DNA of 64,000 bases, taken from Eubacteriales bacterium (GTDB taxonomy: Bacteria; Bacillota; Clostridia; Oscillospirales; CAG-272). A program made the translations under genes and the position numbers. Location: contig JAZQGR010000066.1 in NCBI GenBank assembly GCA_045540115.1, forward strand, positions 12,354 through 76,353. Direction: 5' to 3'. The notes under the pieces are model-generated. The model searched no databases. It saw only the letters and a program-made list of their open reading frames with translations, and was not told the origin of the DNA. Positions 36,693 to 46,585 of the stretch are shown one piece after another (positions within the stretch are counted from its first letter, which is position 1; every line of letters begins with the position of its first letter).

Positions 36693-37834
36693 AAAAGAGA
36701 ATAATCACCCCCGATGATGGATACGAATATTTCTTCGGGTACTACGATCTTCAGCCGTATAACAAGGATATGACCTTGCATCTTGCCGCAAGAAGCACCT
36801 TTGCGGATCACATTCCGCAGTCAGGTGACGAGCTTTCGCTCGGATATATCGATCTTAAGAGAAACACATTCGTCGAGATCGCGAAAACGAAGGCATGGAA
36901 TTTTCAGCAGGGCGCACTTTTACAGTGGTTTGACGACGAAAGCGTTATATTCAATGATTTCGACGGCGAAAAATATATAAGCCGCGTGCTTGACCTTCGC
37001 GGAAACGAGCTTCGCCGCTACGACAGAGCATTTGCTGCGGTTTCGACGAAGTCTGAAAAGGCGATCTCAATTAACTTCAGCCGAATCTATAATTTTCGCC
37101 CCGGATACGGATACTGTAATATCGCGGATCCCTATTACGATATTCTCTCGCCCGATGACGACGGTATCTTCCTTACCGACCTTGAGAGCGGAGAAAGCAA
37201 GCTGCTTCTTTCCTACGCCAAGATGAAGGAGATCTTCGAGGAGGAGCCATTCACAAGCGAAAAGCTTGTTATAAATCACATAAATTTCGATCCCGAGGGA
37301 GAAAAATGCGTATTTCTGCTACGTAATTTTCCGTCGGGAAAGAAAAGGTGGGGAACAGTCCTTGCAGCAATTGATCTTAACGGAAGCGTCACACCTCTTA
37401 CCCGATTTGAGGTTAATTCGCACTATTCCTTTAAGGATAGCCGTACTCTTATGATATACTCCGGATTGCCTCGTTGGGGAATATACTTTATCGACACCGT
37501 GACGGGAGAACGCGAGGAGCTTTGCGATCCTCTTTGCGATGACGATGATATTCATTGCAGCTATTCTCCCGACCGCAAGTATTTTATCGGCGACGGTTAT
37601 CCCGACAAAAACGATAAAAGAACGCTGTTCTACTACAATTTTGAGAAGAAGCGTTCAAAGGCGCTCTTCTCGGTTTATTCCCTGCCTGACGGCGGATGTA
37701 CCGATATCCGTTGTGATCTCCACGCGCGCTTCTCACCCGATGGAAGCAGAATCTCCTACGATACGACTGAAAACGTAAGGCGTCAGATCGCGGAGATAAT
37801 TTGGGAAGACGGCGATTTTGATTTTGAGAATTAA
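36689..37834 (+). CDS. Hypothetical beta-propeller protein (oligogalacturonate lyase/TolB-like)
   Basis: FFGYYD, WNFQQG, HINFDPEG, HCSYSPD, RCDLHARFSPDG; overlaps the upstream stop (ATGA). Confidence 0.7.
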   Translation: MKKRIITPDDGYEYFFGYYDLQPYNKDMTLHLAARSTFADHIPQSGDELSLGYIDLKRNTFVEIAKTKAWNFQQGALLQWFDDESVIFNDFDGEKYISRVLDLRGNELRRYDRAFAAVSTKSEKAISINFSRIYNFRPGYGYCNIADPYYDILSPDDDGIFLTDLESGESKLLLSYAKMKEIFEEEPFTSEKLVINHINFDPEGEKCVFLLRNFPSGKKRWGTVLAAIDLNGSVTPLTRFEVNSHYSFKDSRTLMIYSGLPRWGIYFIDTVTGEREELCDPLCDDDDIHCSYSPDRKYFIGDGYPDKNDKRTLFYYNFEKKRSKALFSVYSLPDGGCTDIRCDLHARFSPDGSRISYDTTENVRRQIAEIIWEDGDFDFEN

Positions 37835-37837
37835 CGT

Positions 37838-37863
37838 AAAAGACACCCGAAAGGGTGTCTTTT
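37838..37863. terminator. Bidirectional terminator
   Basis: AAAAGACACCC-GAAA-GGGTGTCTTTT. Confidence 0.85.
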
Positions 37864-37969
37864 ACTGAAATAGGACAAAATCAAGGTAAATACTTGCCCG
37901 AAAGGGTAAACGTAATTGAGGCGCACTTCCTTACGGAGTGCGCCTCGAAGCGGTGTTTTTTTATTTTGT

Positions 37970-38716
37970 TCAATCTATATACGTATTTACCCAATTGCGC
38001 AAAAACTCGCGCTCATGTTCGATTCCCTTAACCGACTGCGATGCGGCGACGATCGGGAGCCATTTTCTTACGTAGGTCTTGTTCGTGTTGCTCTTTTCGC
38101 AGAAAAGCGAAAGGTACTTCTCCGCCGTCTCGTCCTCTCCCGCAAGGCGGAAAAGAAGATAGGTTCTCGCCGCGTCAGCCGACGCGTTTCCCTGTGTCGC
38201 GTGCGACCAGTCGAGCACGTAGGGCGTGCCATCCTCCGTTATTATGATGTTCGACGGGTTGAAATCGCCGTGGCAGAGCTTCGAGTGCTTCGGCATCGCC
38301 TCCAGACGCATGTGAAGGTCATATCGCGTCGTCGCGTCAAAATCCGTCTCGCAGATCTTCCGATTCATCTTATCCTTCAGCATTCTGAGGAGCGGACAGC
38401 TCTTTGACTGCACCTCAAGCTGTATATCGAGAAATTTTTCAAGATAGGTATCGAGGTTTTCGGGATTGTCCTTCATCATATCCGCAAGCGTCTTGCCCTC
38501 GATATAATCGGTGATTATCGCCCACTTGCCGTCGATCATCGTGATCTCTCTGATCTTCGGGATATTTAGCCCGGTTTCCTCTACTCGCGCCTGATTGAGC
38601 GCCTCGTTCAGAATATCAGCCTTCGAATAGGTCTCGTCAAAGACCTTATAGCAAAGGTCGCCATCTCGGTAAACTGTTTTGTTTTTTCTCTTCGCAACTA
38701 TATTTTCAAGCTTCAT
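37970..38716 (-). CDS. APH/choline-kinase-like phosphotransferase
   Basis: LCHGDFNPSNI and VLDW motifs; minus-strand promoter TTGCAA-17-TATAAT at 38746-38774. Confidence 0.88.
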   Translation of the reverse strand: MKLENIVAKRKNKTVYRDGDLCYKVFDETYSKADILNEALNQARVEETGLNIPKIREITMIDGKWAIITDYIEGKTLADMMKDNPENLDTYLEKFLDIQLEVQSKSCPLLRMLKDKMNRKICETDFDATTRYDLHMRLEAMPKHSKLCHGDFNPSNIIITEDGTPYVLDWSHATQGNASADAARTYLLFRLAGEDETAEKYLSLFCEKSNTNKTYVRKWLPIVAASQSVKGIEHEREFLRNWVNTYID

Positions 38717-38905
38717 TTTTATCCTCGCATAAGTTGTTGAGTGTTATTATATCACGGTTTTCACATGATTGCAAGTCAATTTATTTACATAATTGCCTTT
38801 TTTACGGTTAAAACTGCAATATTTATTTAATTTTGAAATAATCACAAATAATTCACAAATTGGTATTATAATGTAATCACAGTTTATTTTTCGGAGGAAA
38901 AAGCC

Positions 38906-39955
38906 TTGATAGAGGTCAAACACCTTACAAAAAAGTACGGCGCTTTCGTCGCCGTAAGCGATCTGAATTTCACAATCGAGCAAGGAAAAATATACGGCTT
39001 CCTCGGCCCTAACGGCGCGGGCAAGAGCACAACCATGAATATGATAACCGGCTGTCTTTCCCCGACCGAGGGGCAGATACTAATTGACGGGATCGATATT
39101 CAGGACGATGCTGTAAAGGCGAAGAAGCTCATCGGATATCTGCCCGAAACGCCTCCCGTGTATCCCGATATGACGCCCGAGGAATATCTTATCTTCGTCG
39201 CAGAGGCGAAGGGTGTCAAAAGAAGGGATATTACGGATGCCGTTTCCGACGCAATGGAGGAAACGGGACTGTTTCCCATGAAGGACCGACTTATCAAGAA
39301 TCTATCGAAGGGCTATAAGCAGAGAGTCGGTATTGCTCAGGCGATGCTCGGCGATCCGCAGGTCATTATTCTTGACGAGCCGACCGTCGGTCTCGACCCA
39401 AAGCAGATAACTGACATAAGAGAGCTTATCAAGCGTCTTGGCGAGACCAAGACGGTAATTCTTTCAAGCCACATTTTAGCCGAGGTCAGCGCCGTCTGCG
39501 ATCAGGTTATGATAATCAACGGCGGACGCCTTATCGCCTCCGACACGCTTGAGAATATAAGAAAAGAAAATTCGCCCGAGAACCGCTTCTCGCTGACCGC
39601 GAAGGGCGAGACGGCTCAGATCTCGGCGCTCCTTTCGCAGTACGGAAAAATTCTTTCCGTCAGCGCCGAAGCAGAGAACGGACTCGTTTGCGCTGAGCTT
39701 GAGGCTGAAAGCGATCCGCGTGAGGCGCTTTTCTTTGCCTTCGCAAAACGCAGCATACCGCTACTTGAGCTCAAGAAGGTCACTCCGTCGCTTGAGGAGA
39801 TATTCCTCTCGCTCACTTCCTCTTCCTATGTAGAGGAGGAGTATGAGGACGAATATGAAGACGGCGATTATGACGATGACGATGAATACGATGACGAAGA
39901 AGATGACGAAGAAGATGATGAAGACGACGGCGGATACAAGCCGCTCTTCTCGTGA
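38906..39955 (+). CDS. ABC transporter ATP-binding protein (GldA-like) with acidic C-terminal tail
   Basis: GPNGAGKST, LSKGYKQR, ILDEPTVGLDP; D/E tail. Confidence 0.93.
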   Translation: MIEVKHLTKKYGAFVAVSDLNFTIEQGKIYGFLGPNGAGKSTTMNMITGCLSPTEGQILIDGIDIQDDAVKAKKLIGYLPETPPVYPDMTPEEYLIFVAEAKGVKRRDITDAVSDAMEETGLFPMKDRLIKNLSKGYKQRVGIAQAMLGDPQVIILDEPTVGLDPKQITDIRELIKRLGETKTVILSSHILAEVSAVCDQVMIINGGRLIASDTLENIRKENSPENRFSLTAKGETAQISALLSQYGKILSVSAEAENGLVCAELEAESDPREALFFAFAKRSIPLLELKKVTPSLEEIFLSLTSSSYVEEEYEDEYEDGDYDDDDEYDDEEDDEEDDEDDGGYKPLFS

Positions 39956-39969
39956 AAGGGAGGCAACAG

Positions 39970-40836
39970 ATGATATCAATATACAAAAGAGAGCTGCGCT
40001 CCTACTTCACGAGCTTGACCGGCTACGTTGCGATTGCGCTCATTCTTCTGCTTACCGGAATATTCATCCGCGTGGTCGCCTTCGAGGCGAAGTATATGAT
40101 GATACAGAACGTACTTCCCTCAGCCGCCATTATTCTGCTCCTCGCGATACCGATAATCACGATGTCCTCCTTCGCCGGCGAGCGCGCACAAAAGACCGAC
40201 ACCCTTCTCTATTCACTTCCGCTTTCGACCTCTAAGATCGTGCTCGGCAAGTATTTTGCCATGATGACGGTATTTTCGGTTCCCGTGGCGGTCATTTCGC
40301 TCGTTCCGTTTATTCTCAAGATGTACGGAACGGTTGACTGGTTCTCGGTCTACTCCTCAATAATTATGTTCTTCCTTCTCATTTCGGCAATGACGGCGAT
40401 CTGTATGTTTACGTCGTCGCTTTGCGAGTCGCAGGTGATCGCCGCCGTCCTCGGATCGGGCGCGCTTATCGTCTGCTATTTCGCCGCGATACTTACAAGC
40501 GTCATTCCCAAGACCGAGTTTGCCGCATACGCCTCGTTTCAAGCACTCGCGATCTTAGTTGGGCTTGCCGCATACTTATTTACCAAGAACCGTTACATAC
40601 CGTTTGCGGTCTATGCCGTGCTCTTTACCGTTATAACGGTAATATACCTCGAAAACAGCGGTTTTTTCCTCGGGATTTTCAATAATGCCGTCAACCTTTT
40701 CGCGCTCTTTGACCGCTTTGCCGTATCGGTGAGCTCAAGAGTTTTTGACGTCAAGACCGCAGTTTATTACGTTTCCGTCGCAGTCTTCTTCAACGTGCTG
40801 ACCGTTCAGACCGTTGAAAAGCGTCGATACAGCTAA
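39970..40836 (+). CDS. ABC transporter permease (GldF-like)
   Basis: KRELRSYF, PIITM..FAGER..TDTLL, IVLGKY. Confidence 0.88.
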   Translation: MISIYKRELRSYFTSLTGYVAIALILLLTGIFIRVVAFEAKYMMIQNVLPSAAIILLLAIPIITMSSFAGERAQKTDTLLYSLPLSTSKIVLGKYFAMMTVFSVPVAVISLVPFILKMYGTVDWFSVYSSIIMFFLLISAMTAICMFTSSLCESQVIAAVLGSGALIVCYFAAILTSVIPKTEFAAYASFQALAILVGLAAYLFTKNRYIPFAVYAVLFTVITVIYLENSGFFLGIFNNAVNLFALFDRFAVSVSSRVFDVKTAVYYVSVAVFFNVLTVQTVEKRRYS

Positions 40837-40849
40837 GGGGGTAAGGCAA

Positions 40850-42325
40850 ATGAAAAAGTTCAATTCCTCTGCCCGCTACGGCAGCTTCTCCCTTATCGTT
40901 ACCGCGATAGTTCTCGTCATTCTCATTCTGGTCAACCTCGCTGTCGGCGCCCTTCCCGCGACCTACACCTCAATTACAGGCAAAAAGAGCGACGTCTACA
41001 AGATCTCAAAGGCAAGCGTCGATTATATGAAGAACCTCGACGAGGAGATCACAGTCTATATCGTTCAGCTCGACAACGCAAGCACCGAGCACGATCTTAT
41101 GATTAAAAACTACGTTGAGCGCTACGCTACGCTCAGCGACAAGATCACGGTAAAATACGTTGATCCCGAGATCAAGCCGATGTTCCTCTCCTCTTATAAC
41201 GAGGACGGCTCGATAAGCGAGGATCTTCTCGATCCCTCTTTTACTCACATCGTTGTCGAGAGCGGAAAGCGTTCGAGAATAATCCCCTATTCCGATATAT
41301 TCAAATACGCGCTCACGGGCGACGACCTTTCGGCGTTCTATCAGGCTTACGGCTACATTCCGTACAGCTATGAGATCGAAAACTGTCTGCTCAGCGCAGT
41401 CGATTACGTGACTCTCGAAACTCTTCCGAAGATCTATTACACGAATACCCACAAGGAAGCCAACCTTGCCGAGATATTCACCGCCTTTGCAAAGCTCGAA
41501 AACATCGGTCTTACCGCCCTTGATATTGAAGCAACGGGCAAGATCCCGTCCGACGCGCAGGCGATAGTCATCTACGCTCCGCAGACCGATTTCTCGCAGA
41601 AGGAGATCGCGGCGCTCAAGGAATATGCCGATAACGGCGGCAACATCATTCTCTCAACGGAGTTCAATCCCACGCTTACCGACAGAGTTCTCGACAATCT
41701 TTACGCCTTCACGAAGGAATACTACGGCATGAGCTATAACGACGTTCTCGTATACGAGGGAACGGCGGAAAGATTCATCTCCTCCGCGACCTACGTTTTC
41801 GTAACGATGACCGATAAGGCTCCCGCCGCGCTCAACTCGGGAACCTACGGAAGCGTGCTGTTCACTTACTGCCACGCTATCAATATCGAGCCGACGCTTC
41901 CCAAGGGAGTGACGGTCGACACACTTTTCACGACGACCTCCAAGGGCTACGCCAAGCTTGCATACAATAAGGAGACCGAGAAAAAGGAGGAGGGCGACCT
42001 TGAAGGAACCTTCGTTCTCGGCGCGACCTCAACGCGCAAAAATGGAGAAAAATCCTCCAAGCTCATCTGGTACTCCTCGACCGACGCGCTCCGCACGACC
42101 TATAACTACAAGCTTGCAGACAGTATGCACGTTGCAGTCTACACCCTCTCGGTTTCTGTCGAAAAGCGCGATATCGTCTCGGCTGTCGCAATGCTCATAA
42201 CGCGCGATGCTGTTGACATCAGCGACAAGGCTGCCGCATTCTGGAGCTGGACAATTATCGCGATAATTCCCGGTGCGATTCTCGGTTACGGAATATTCGT
42301 CCGCGTAAAGAGAGCAAGGAGATAA
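40850..42325 (+). CDS. GldG-like ABC auxiliary component
   Basis: N- and C-terminal TMs, VKYVDP, YYTNTHKE, PQTDFS..GG. Confidence 0.8.
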   Translation: MKKFNSSARYGSFSLIVTAIVLVILILVNLAVGALPATYTSITGKKSDVYKISKASVDYMKNLDEEITVYIVQLDNASTEHDLMIKNYVERYATLSDKITVKYVDPEIKPMFLSSYNEDGSISEDLLDPSFTHIVVESGKRSRIIPYSDIFKYALTGDDLSAFYQAYGYIPYSYEIENCLLSAVDYVTLETLPKIYYTNTHKEANLAEIFTAFAKLENIGLTALDIEATGKIPSDAQAIVIYAPQTDFSQKEIAALKEYADNGGNIILSTEFNPTLTDRVLDNLYAFTKEYYGMSYNDVLVYEGTAERFISSATYVFVTMTDKAPAALNSGTYGSVLFTYCHAINIEPTLPKGVTVDTLFTTTSKGYAKLAYNKETEKKEEGDLEGTFVLGATSTRKNGEKSSKLIWYSSTDALRTTYNYKLADSMHVAVYTLSVSVEKRDIVSAVAMLITRDAVDISDKAAAFWSWTIIAIIPGAILGYGIFVRVKRARR

Positions 42326-42326
42326 T

Positions 42327-43334
42327 ATGAAGAAAAGAAGCTTTGGGCTTATAGTTCTTATTTCATTGCTCGTTATCGTGATAATCTTCTACTCAGTTAT
42401 CGCGAACGCGATGAAGGACAGCGGCAAGAATGACAATCCCGTTTCGGGTAGCGACGGCATCTATATTGACCGTCAGCCGAGCGAGGTCGAAAAGGTCACC
42501 TACCGCACGGGCGATTCCGAATTTACCGTTCGGAAAGACGGGAGCATCTACGTTCTTGACGAGGACACCGAATTTCCCCTTGATACGACCGCTGTCGGTT
42601 ATATAATGAACGCAGCGGCGAGATTGACCTACGCAAGAAGGATCCGTCCTGAGGGCGACGACCTTTCGGAATACGGGCTGAACGATCCTCAGACGGTCAT
42701 CGATATCGTTTACGGCGATAATGCTCGCCTCACTCTCACGGTCGGCAATTACAATCCCTATTCCGACGCCTACTACTGTACGACGGGCGATGGCTTTGTC
42801 TACCTTATGGGCGGCGAATTTGCCGAGGCATTTTCATACAGATACTCCGACCTCATTCTTCACGACAGAGTCGAAGCGCCTCAATATGGCCTATCCTCAG
42901 TCACTAAGGTCGAGATTACAAGAGGATACGAGCGTGCCTTCTACGAGCTTGTCGACGCCGAGAACGGTGTCTGGAAAAAGAACGGCGAGGACGGTGATTT
43001 TGCCTACGAGGTAATGGATATCTACAACGAGCTTTACAAGCTCGCCGTCGACGAATGGGTTGACTATAACGTCGATACCGACGAGGAATTTGACGCTTAC
43101 GGTCTTAAGACTCCCGATATAAGAGTTGTGTTCACTCATATTGAGATCGAGGAGATCGAGGTCGAGGGCTCTTCAATAGTAGAAAAGGAGCACGAAAGAC
43201 AGACCGCGTTCCTGATCGGCTCCCCGACCGACGAAGCCGACGACGTCAAGCGTTATTTCGCCTTTGGCGGCGGAAGCATCGTTTACGTTGTCCACGAGGA
43301 AGCGTTTGAGGACACCCTGAACGCATTGAAGTAA
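42327..43334 (+). CDS. DUF4340-like protein
   Basis: N-terminal TM; two YGLxxP repeats (EYGLNDP, AYGLKTP). Confidence 0.75.
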   Translation: MKKRSFGLIVLISLLVIVIIFYSVIANAMKDSGKNDNPVSGSDGIYIDRQPSEVEKVTYRTGDSEFTVRKDGSIYVLDEDTEFPLDTTAVGYIMNAAARLTYARRIRPEGDDLSEYGLNDPQTVIDIVYGDNARLTLTVGNYNPYSDAYYCTTGDGFVYLMGGEFAEAFSYRYSDLILHDRVEAPQYGLSSVTKVEITRGYERAFYELVDAENGVWKKNGEDGDFAYEVMDIYNELYKLAVDEWVDYNVDTDEEFDAYGLKTPDIRVVFTHIEIEEIEVEGSSIVEKEHERQTAFLIGSPTDEADDVKRYFAFGGGSIVYVVHEEAFEDTLNALK

Positions 43335-43346
43335 TATAATGATTTT

Positions 43347-43373
43347 AAAAGCAGACGGACTCCGTCTGCTTTT
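43347..43373 (+). terminator. Intrinsic terminator
   Basis: AAAAGCAGACGGA-C-TCCGTCTGCTTTT. Confidence 0.8.
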
Positions 43374-43505
43374 ATTGCTCATTTGCCCAATGTCACATTT
43401 GATCTGACGAGCCTATATGGCTGCCATGTGCTTCCTCAATAGCAATCTTTTACACAATTTGGCCAAAAAAATTAATGAATTTACTACATTTTTTGAAAAA
43501 ACACC

Positions 43506-43534
43506 TTGCATTTTTGAATATAATGTGGTACCAT
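43506..43534 (+). promoter_or_regulatory. Probable promoter of the capsule locus
   Basis: TTGCAT-17nt-TACCAT with TG extension, AT-rich upstream region. Confidence 0.5.
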
Positions 43535-43619
43535 AGAATGGAACAAGTATCCGTATCGCCCAAACTGTCAAAAAAGCGTCAGGAATACTGAAACAAGCTC
43601 ATAGGAGACTTTACAGGAA

Positions 43620-44387
43620 ATGGAAAATAAGGCAAAAACAAGCAAGGACTACTATTCGATAGACCTTATGCATATAGTCAGGACTCTTCTTCACCGTCTG
43701 TGGATAATCATTCTCGTGGCGGTGCTTGCTGCAACGACGGCGTTCGCGTATTCTGCATTCGTCGTTCCTCCGTCATACGGCGCGCAGGTTCTTCTTTATG
43801 TAAACAACAGCTCGATAAACTTCGGTAATACGAGCTTCGATATATCTGCCTCCGATATTCAGGCGTCGCTCAGTCTGGTAAACACTTATTCGGTGCTTCT
43901 TAAAAACCGTACGACGCTTGAACGAGTGATCGAAAACGCGGGCGTCGACTATACGGTCGCAGAGCTTGCAAATATGATCGATACGGGCTCGGTAAACGAT
44001 ACCGAGATCATGAAGGTCGTCGTTGTTTGCGGCGATCCCTACGAGGCGGCAAAGATAGCAAACAGCATCGCGGAGGTTCTCCCGACGAGAATTTCCGAGA
44101 TCATTGACGGTGCCTCGATGGAGGTTGTCGACAGTGCCGTTCCGGTAACTCAGCCGATCGGTCCCAACATTTCAAGAAATACCCTGCTCGGATTTATCAT
44201 CGGCGGACTTGTTGCCGCGATCGTTATCGCGATTCTTGCAATAATGGATGACACGATATATAATGAGGACTACGTTCTCGAAAATTATGACTATCCGATT
44301 CTGGCTAAGGTTCCGAACCTTCTTGAAACGCATAACGATAATTATAACGGATATTACAAAAAAGCGGCTGCGGAGCAGGAAGAGTAA
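43620..44387 (+). CDS. cpsC: Polysaccharide co-polymerase / chain-length determinant
   Basis: IDL..LWIII, PSY..LYV, proline-rich PVTQPIGPN before the second TM. Confidence 0.9.
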   Translation: MENKAKTSKDYYSIDLMHIVRTLLHRLWIIILVAVLAATTAFAYSAFVVPPSYGAQVLLYVNNSSINFGNTSFDISASDIQASLSLVNTYSVLLKNRTTLERVIENAGVDYTVAELANMIDTGSVNDTEIMKVVVVCGDPYEAAKIANSIAEVLPTRISEIIDGASMEVVDSAVPVTQPIGPNISRNTLLGFIIGGLVAAIVIAILAIMDDTIYNEDYVLENYDYPILAKVPNLLETHNDNYNGYYKKAAAEQEE

Positions 44388-44403
44388 AGGCGGGTGATAT
44401 AAA

Positions 44404-45168
44404 ATGGCATTGACTAAGAAAAAGAGACCCGCGGCGCTCACTCCCGCGGAAGTACAGAAGACGCTTCACAGAAATCTCGAATTTATAGCGTCTGAGCAGT
44501 ACCGTCTGCTCCGCGCAAACATAAAGTTCACCATCCCGGAGGACGTCAAGTGCCCGATAATCGGAGTTACCTCGTCTATTCGCGGAGAGGGCAAGAGCAC
44601 GACGGCGATAAACCTTTCTTACGTTCTTGCAAATAAGGGACATAAGGTACTCCTCGTCGACGGCGACCTTCGCATTCCCTCTATCGCAAAGAAAATGGGC
44701 GTAAAGAGCACACCCGGACTTACCGACCTTCTCATCGGCTCGAGCGCGGATATCGCCTCCTGGAAATCTGACGTACATAAGGATTGGTACGTTCTCCCCT
44801 CCGGCGAGATCCCCCCGAACCCCTCCGAGCTTCTCGGCTCGAAGAGAATGGAAAACGTGCTTAACGTTCTTAAGGAGCATTTCGATTACATAATCATCGA
44901 CCTCCCCCCCGTAAACGTCGTTTCCGACGCTATGGCGATCTCGAGCTGGGTGACGGGAATGATAATCGTTATCCGCGAGGGCTATACCTCGAAAAAGGAT
45001 CTTGACCGCTGTATGAGACAGATCAAGCTCTCAAACGTAAACATTCTCGGTTGCGTTATGAACGAGAGCGAGGAAGGAAGCGCCACACGCGGCAAGTATA
45101 AGAGAGGCAAAAATTCCTATTATTCCTACGAGTACAAAGCAGAAAATAAGGAAGCATTCGACCTGTGA
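44404..45168 (+). CDS. cpsD: BY-kinase (tyrosine-protein kinase)
   Basis: EQYRLLR, GEGKST, VDGDLR, IIIDLPP, C-terminal Tyr cluster. Confidence 0.95.
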   Translation: MALTKKKRPAALTPAEVQKTLHRNLEFIASEQYRLLRANIKFTIPEDVKCPIIGVTSSIRGEGKSTTAINLSYVLANKGHKVLLVDGDLRIPSIAKKMGVKSTPGLTDLLIGSSADIASWKSDVHKDWYVLPSGEIPPNPSELLGSKRMENVLNVLKEHFDYIIIDLPPVNVVSDAMAISSWVTGMIIVIREGYTSKKDLDRCMRQIKLSNVNILGCVMNESEEGSATRGKYKRGKNSYYSYEYKAENKEAFDL

Positions 45169-45878
45169 TAGACTTCCATTCACACATTCTTCCCGCCGTT
45201 GACGATGGAAGCTCAAGCGTCGGGGAGAGCGTGAAGCTTCTGCAAATGCTCAGGGATCAGGGAATAAAAACGGTAGTTGCCACTCCACATTTTGACGCTG
45301 CAAGAAATACTCCCGAGAAATTCATCAAGAAAAGAAACGAAAGCTACGAGCTGCTTTCCCCCGTGCTTGAGCCCGACCTGCCCGAGATAATACTCGGAGC
45401 GGAGGTCGCCTACTATCCGGGGATCGAACGCTTGAAGGGGCTTGAGCTTCTTACGGCAGGAGAAAGTAGCCTGCTTCTTACCGAAATGCCAATATCGGTC
45501 TGGTCCGATTATGCGGTAAGAGAGCTCGTTGAGCTCACGACGACCAAGGGCTTGACCGTCGTTCTCGCACATGCTGAGAGATATCTCGGACTTCAAAGCT
45601 TAAAGACGATTGGACTTCTCCATGACAGCGGCATACTGATGCAGTACAACGCAGACTTCTTCCTGCGCTTCGGACAGAAGCGAACGGCTATCAGAATGCT
45701 GGAGCTCGGAGAGATAAACCTGATCGGCTCCGACTGTCATAACCTTACTGCGCGCCCGCCTCGGATCGGCGAAGCGTATGAAAGAATTAAGAAAAAGCTC
45801 GGCGATGGCTTCTACTCGCGCTTTTGCGAGTACGGATATTCGCTAATCAATACAAAAACAAAAAATAAAACCTCTTGA
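45165..45878 (+). CDS. cpsB: PHP-family tyrosine phosphatase
   Basis: DFHSHILP..DDG, ATPH, AHAERY, GSDCH. Confidence 0.95.
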   Translation: MIDFHSHILPAVDDGSSSVGESVKLLQMLRDQGIKTVVATPHFDAARNTPEKFIKKRNESYELLSPVLEPDLPEIILGAEVAYYPGIERLKGLELLTAGESSLLLTEMPISVWSDYAVRELVELTTTKGLTVVLAHAERYLGLQSLKTIGLLHDSGILMQYNADFFLRFGQKRTAIRMLELGEINLIGSDCHNLTARPPRIGEAYERIKKKLGDGFYSRFCEYGYSLINTKTKNKTS

Positions 45879-45893
45879 AAGGACGATTTTATT

Positions 45894-46553
45894 ATGAAAA
45901 AGCTACTTGTTGTTCTCATCTCCGCTGTTATGATCGCAAGCCTCTCGCTTACCGGCTTCGCCGCATCCTTCGTTTCGAGCCCCTCGGGCAACGCGGCTCC
46001 GACCGTCGATTCCTTCGACTTTGAAAACGATAGCTGTACCGCTACCGTAGTAGTTACCGCTTATTCTCAGAGAAATGCTCTTTCCGCTGATGCAAAGGCG
46101 GCTATCGAGGCTGCATACAACTCTATCAAGAGCTCAAACGATGTTTCTTCCCTTAATGCAGACCTTGCTGCTCTCGCTAAGAGCAAAGACATCAAGGGAA
46201 CCAACCTCGCAGTAAGCGACCTCTTTGATGTAACCTATACCGGCTGTAATGCTCATACCGGCCACGGCAAGGTAACAGTTACCCTTAAGGCTGAGACTCT
46301 TAAGGATTTCGTAGGTCTTCTTCACTACGTAAACGGCGGCTGGGAGCTCGTTTCCGGCGCTACCGCTGAAGGCGGTAAGCTCACCTTTACGGTTGACTCG
46401 CTTTCTCCCTTCGCTATCGTAGTTGACGCTACCCCCGATTCTCCTCCTACCGACGATAACGGTACCGTTTACCTCCTCGTCGCTATCGCAGCACTTTCTC
46501 TCGCGGCAGCAGTTATCTGCTTCAAGAAGTCCCGTAAAGAGAGAGCAAACTAA
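45894..46553 (+). CDS. Secreted surface protein with sortase-like sorting signal
   Basis: Signal peptide; LSPFAIV; SPPTDD + TM + KKSRKER. Confidence 0.75.
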   Translation: MKKLLVVLISAVMIASLSLTGFAASFVSSPSGNAAPTVDSFDFENDSCTATVVVTAYSQRNALSADAKAAIEAAYNSIKSSNDVSSLNADLAALAKSKDIKGTNLAVSDLFDVTYTGCNAHTGHGKVTVTLKAETLKDFVGLLHYVNGGWELVSGATAEGGKLTFTVDSLSPFAIVVDATPDSPPTDDNGTVYLLVAIAALSLAAAVICFKKSRKERAN

Positions 46554-46585
46554 TCAGTAATTTGAATTAAGGAAAGAGGAATGAC

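Noticed and set aside
37880-37950. c-di-GMP-I riboswitch-like fragment (GGTAAA..TTGCCC-GAAA-GGGTAA-ACG) plus a second hairpin
   Set aside because: Lies after a terminator between convergent gene ends, has no downstream sense gene, and lacks the rest of the consensus
37970-38716. Aminoglycoside phosphotransferase as a resistance gene
   Set aside because: Only superfamily motifs are visible; no mobile context; substrate cannot be assigned
43374-43446. Hammerhead-like CTGACGA-stem within an imperfect long hairpin
   Set aside because: The required GAAA after stem II is missing (TGCC instead); no riboswitch consensus on either strand
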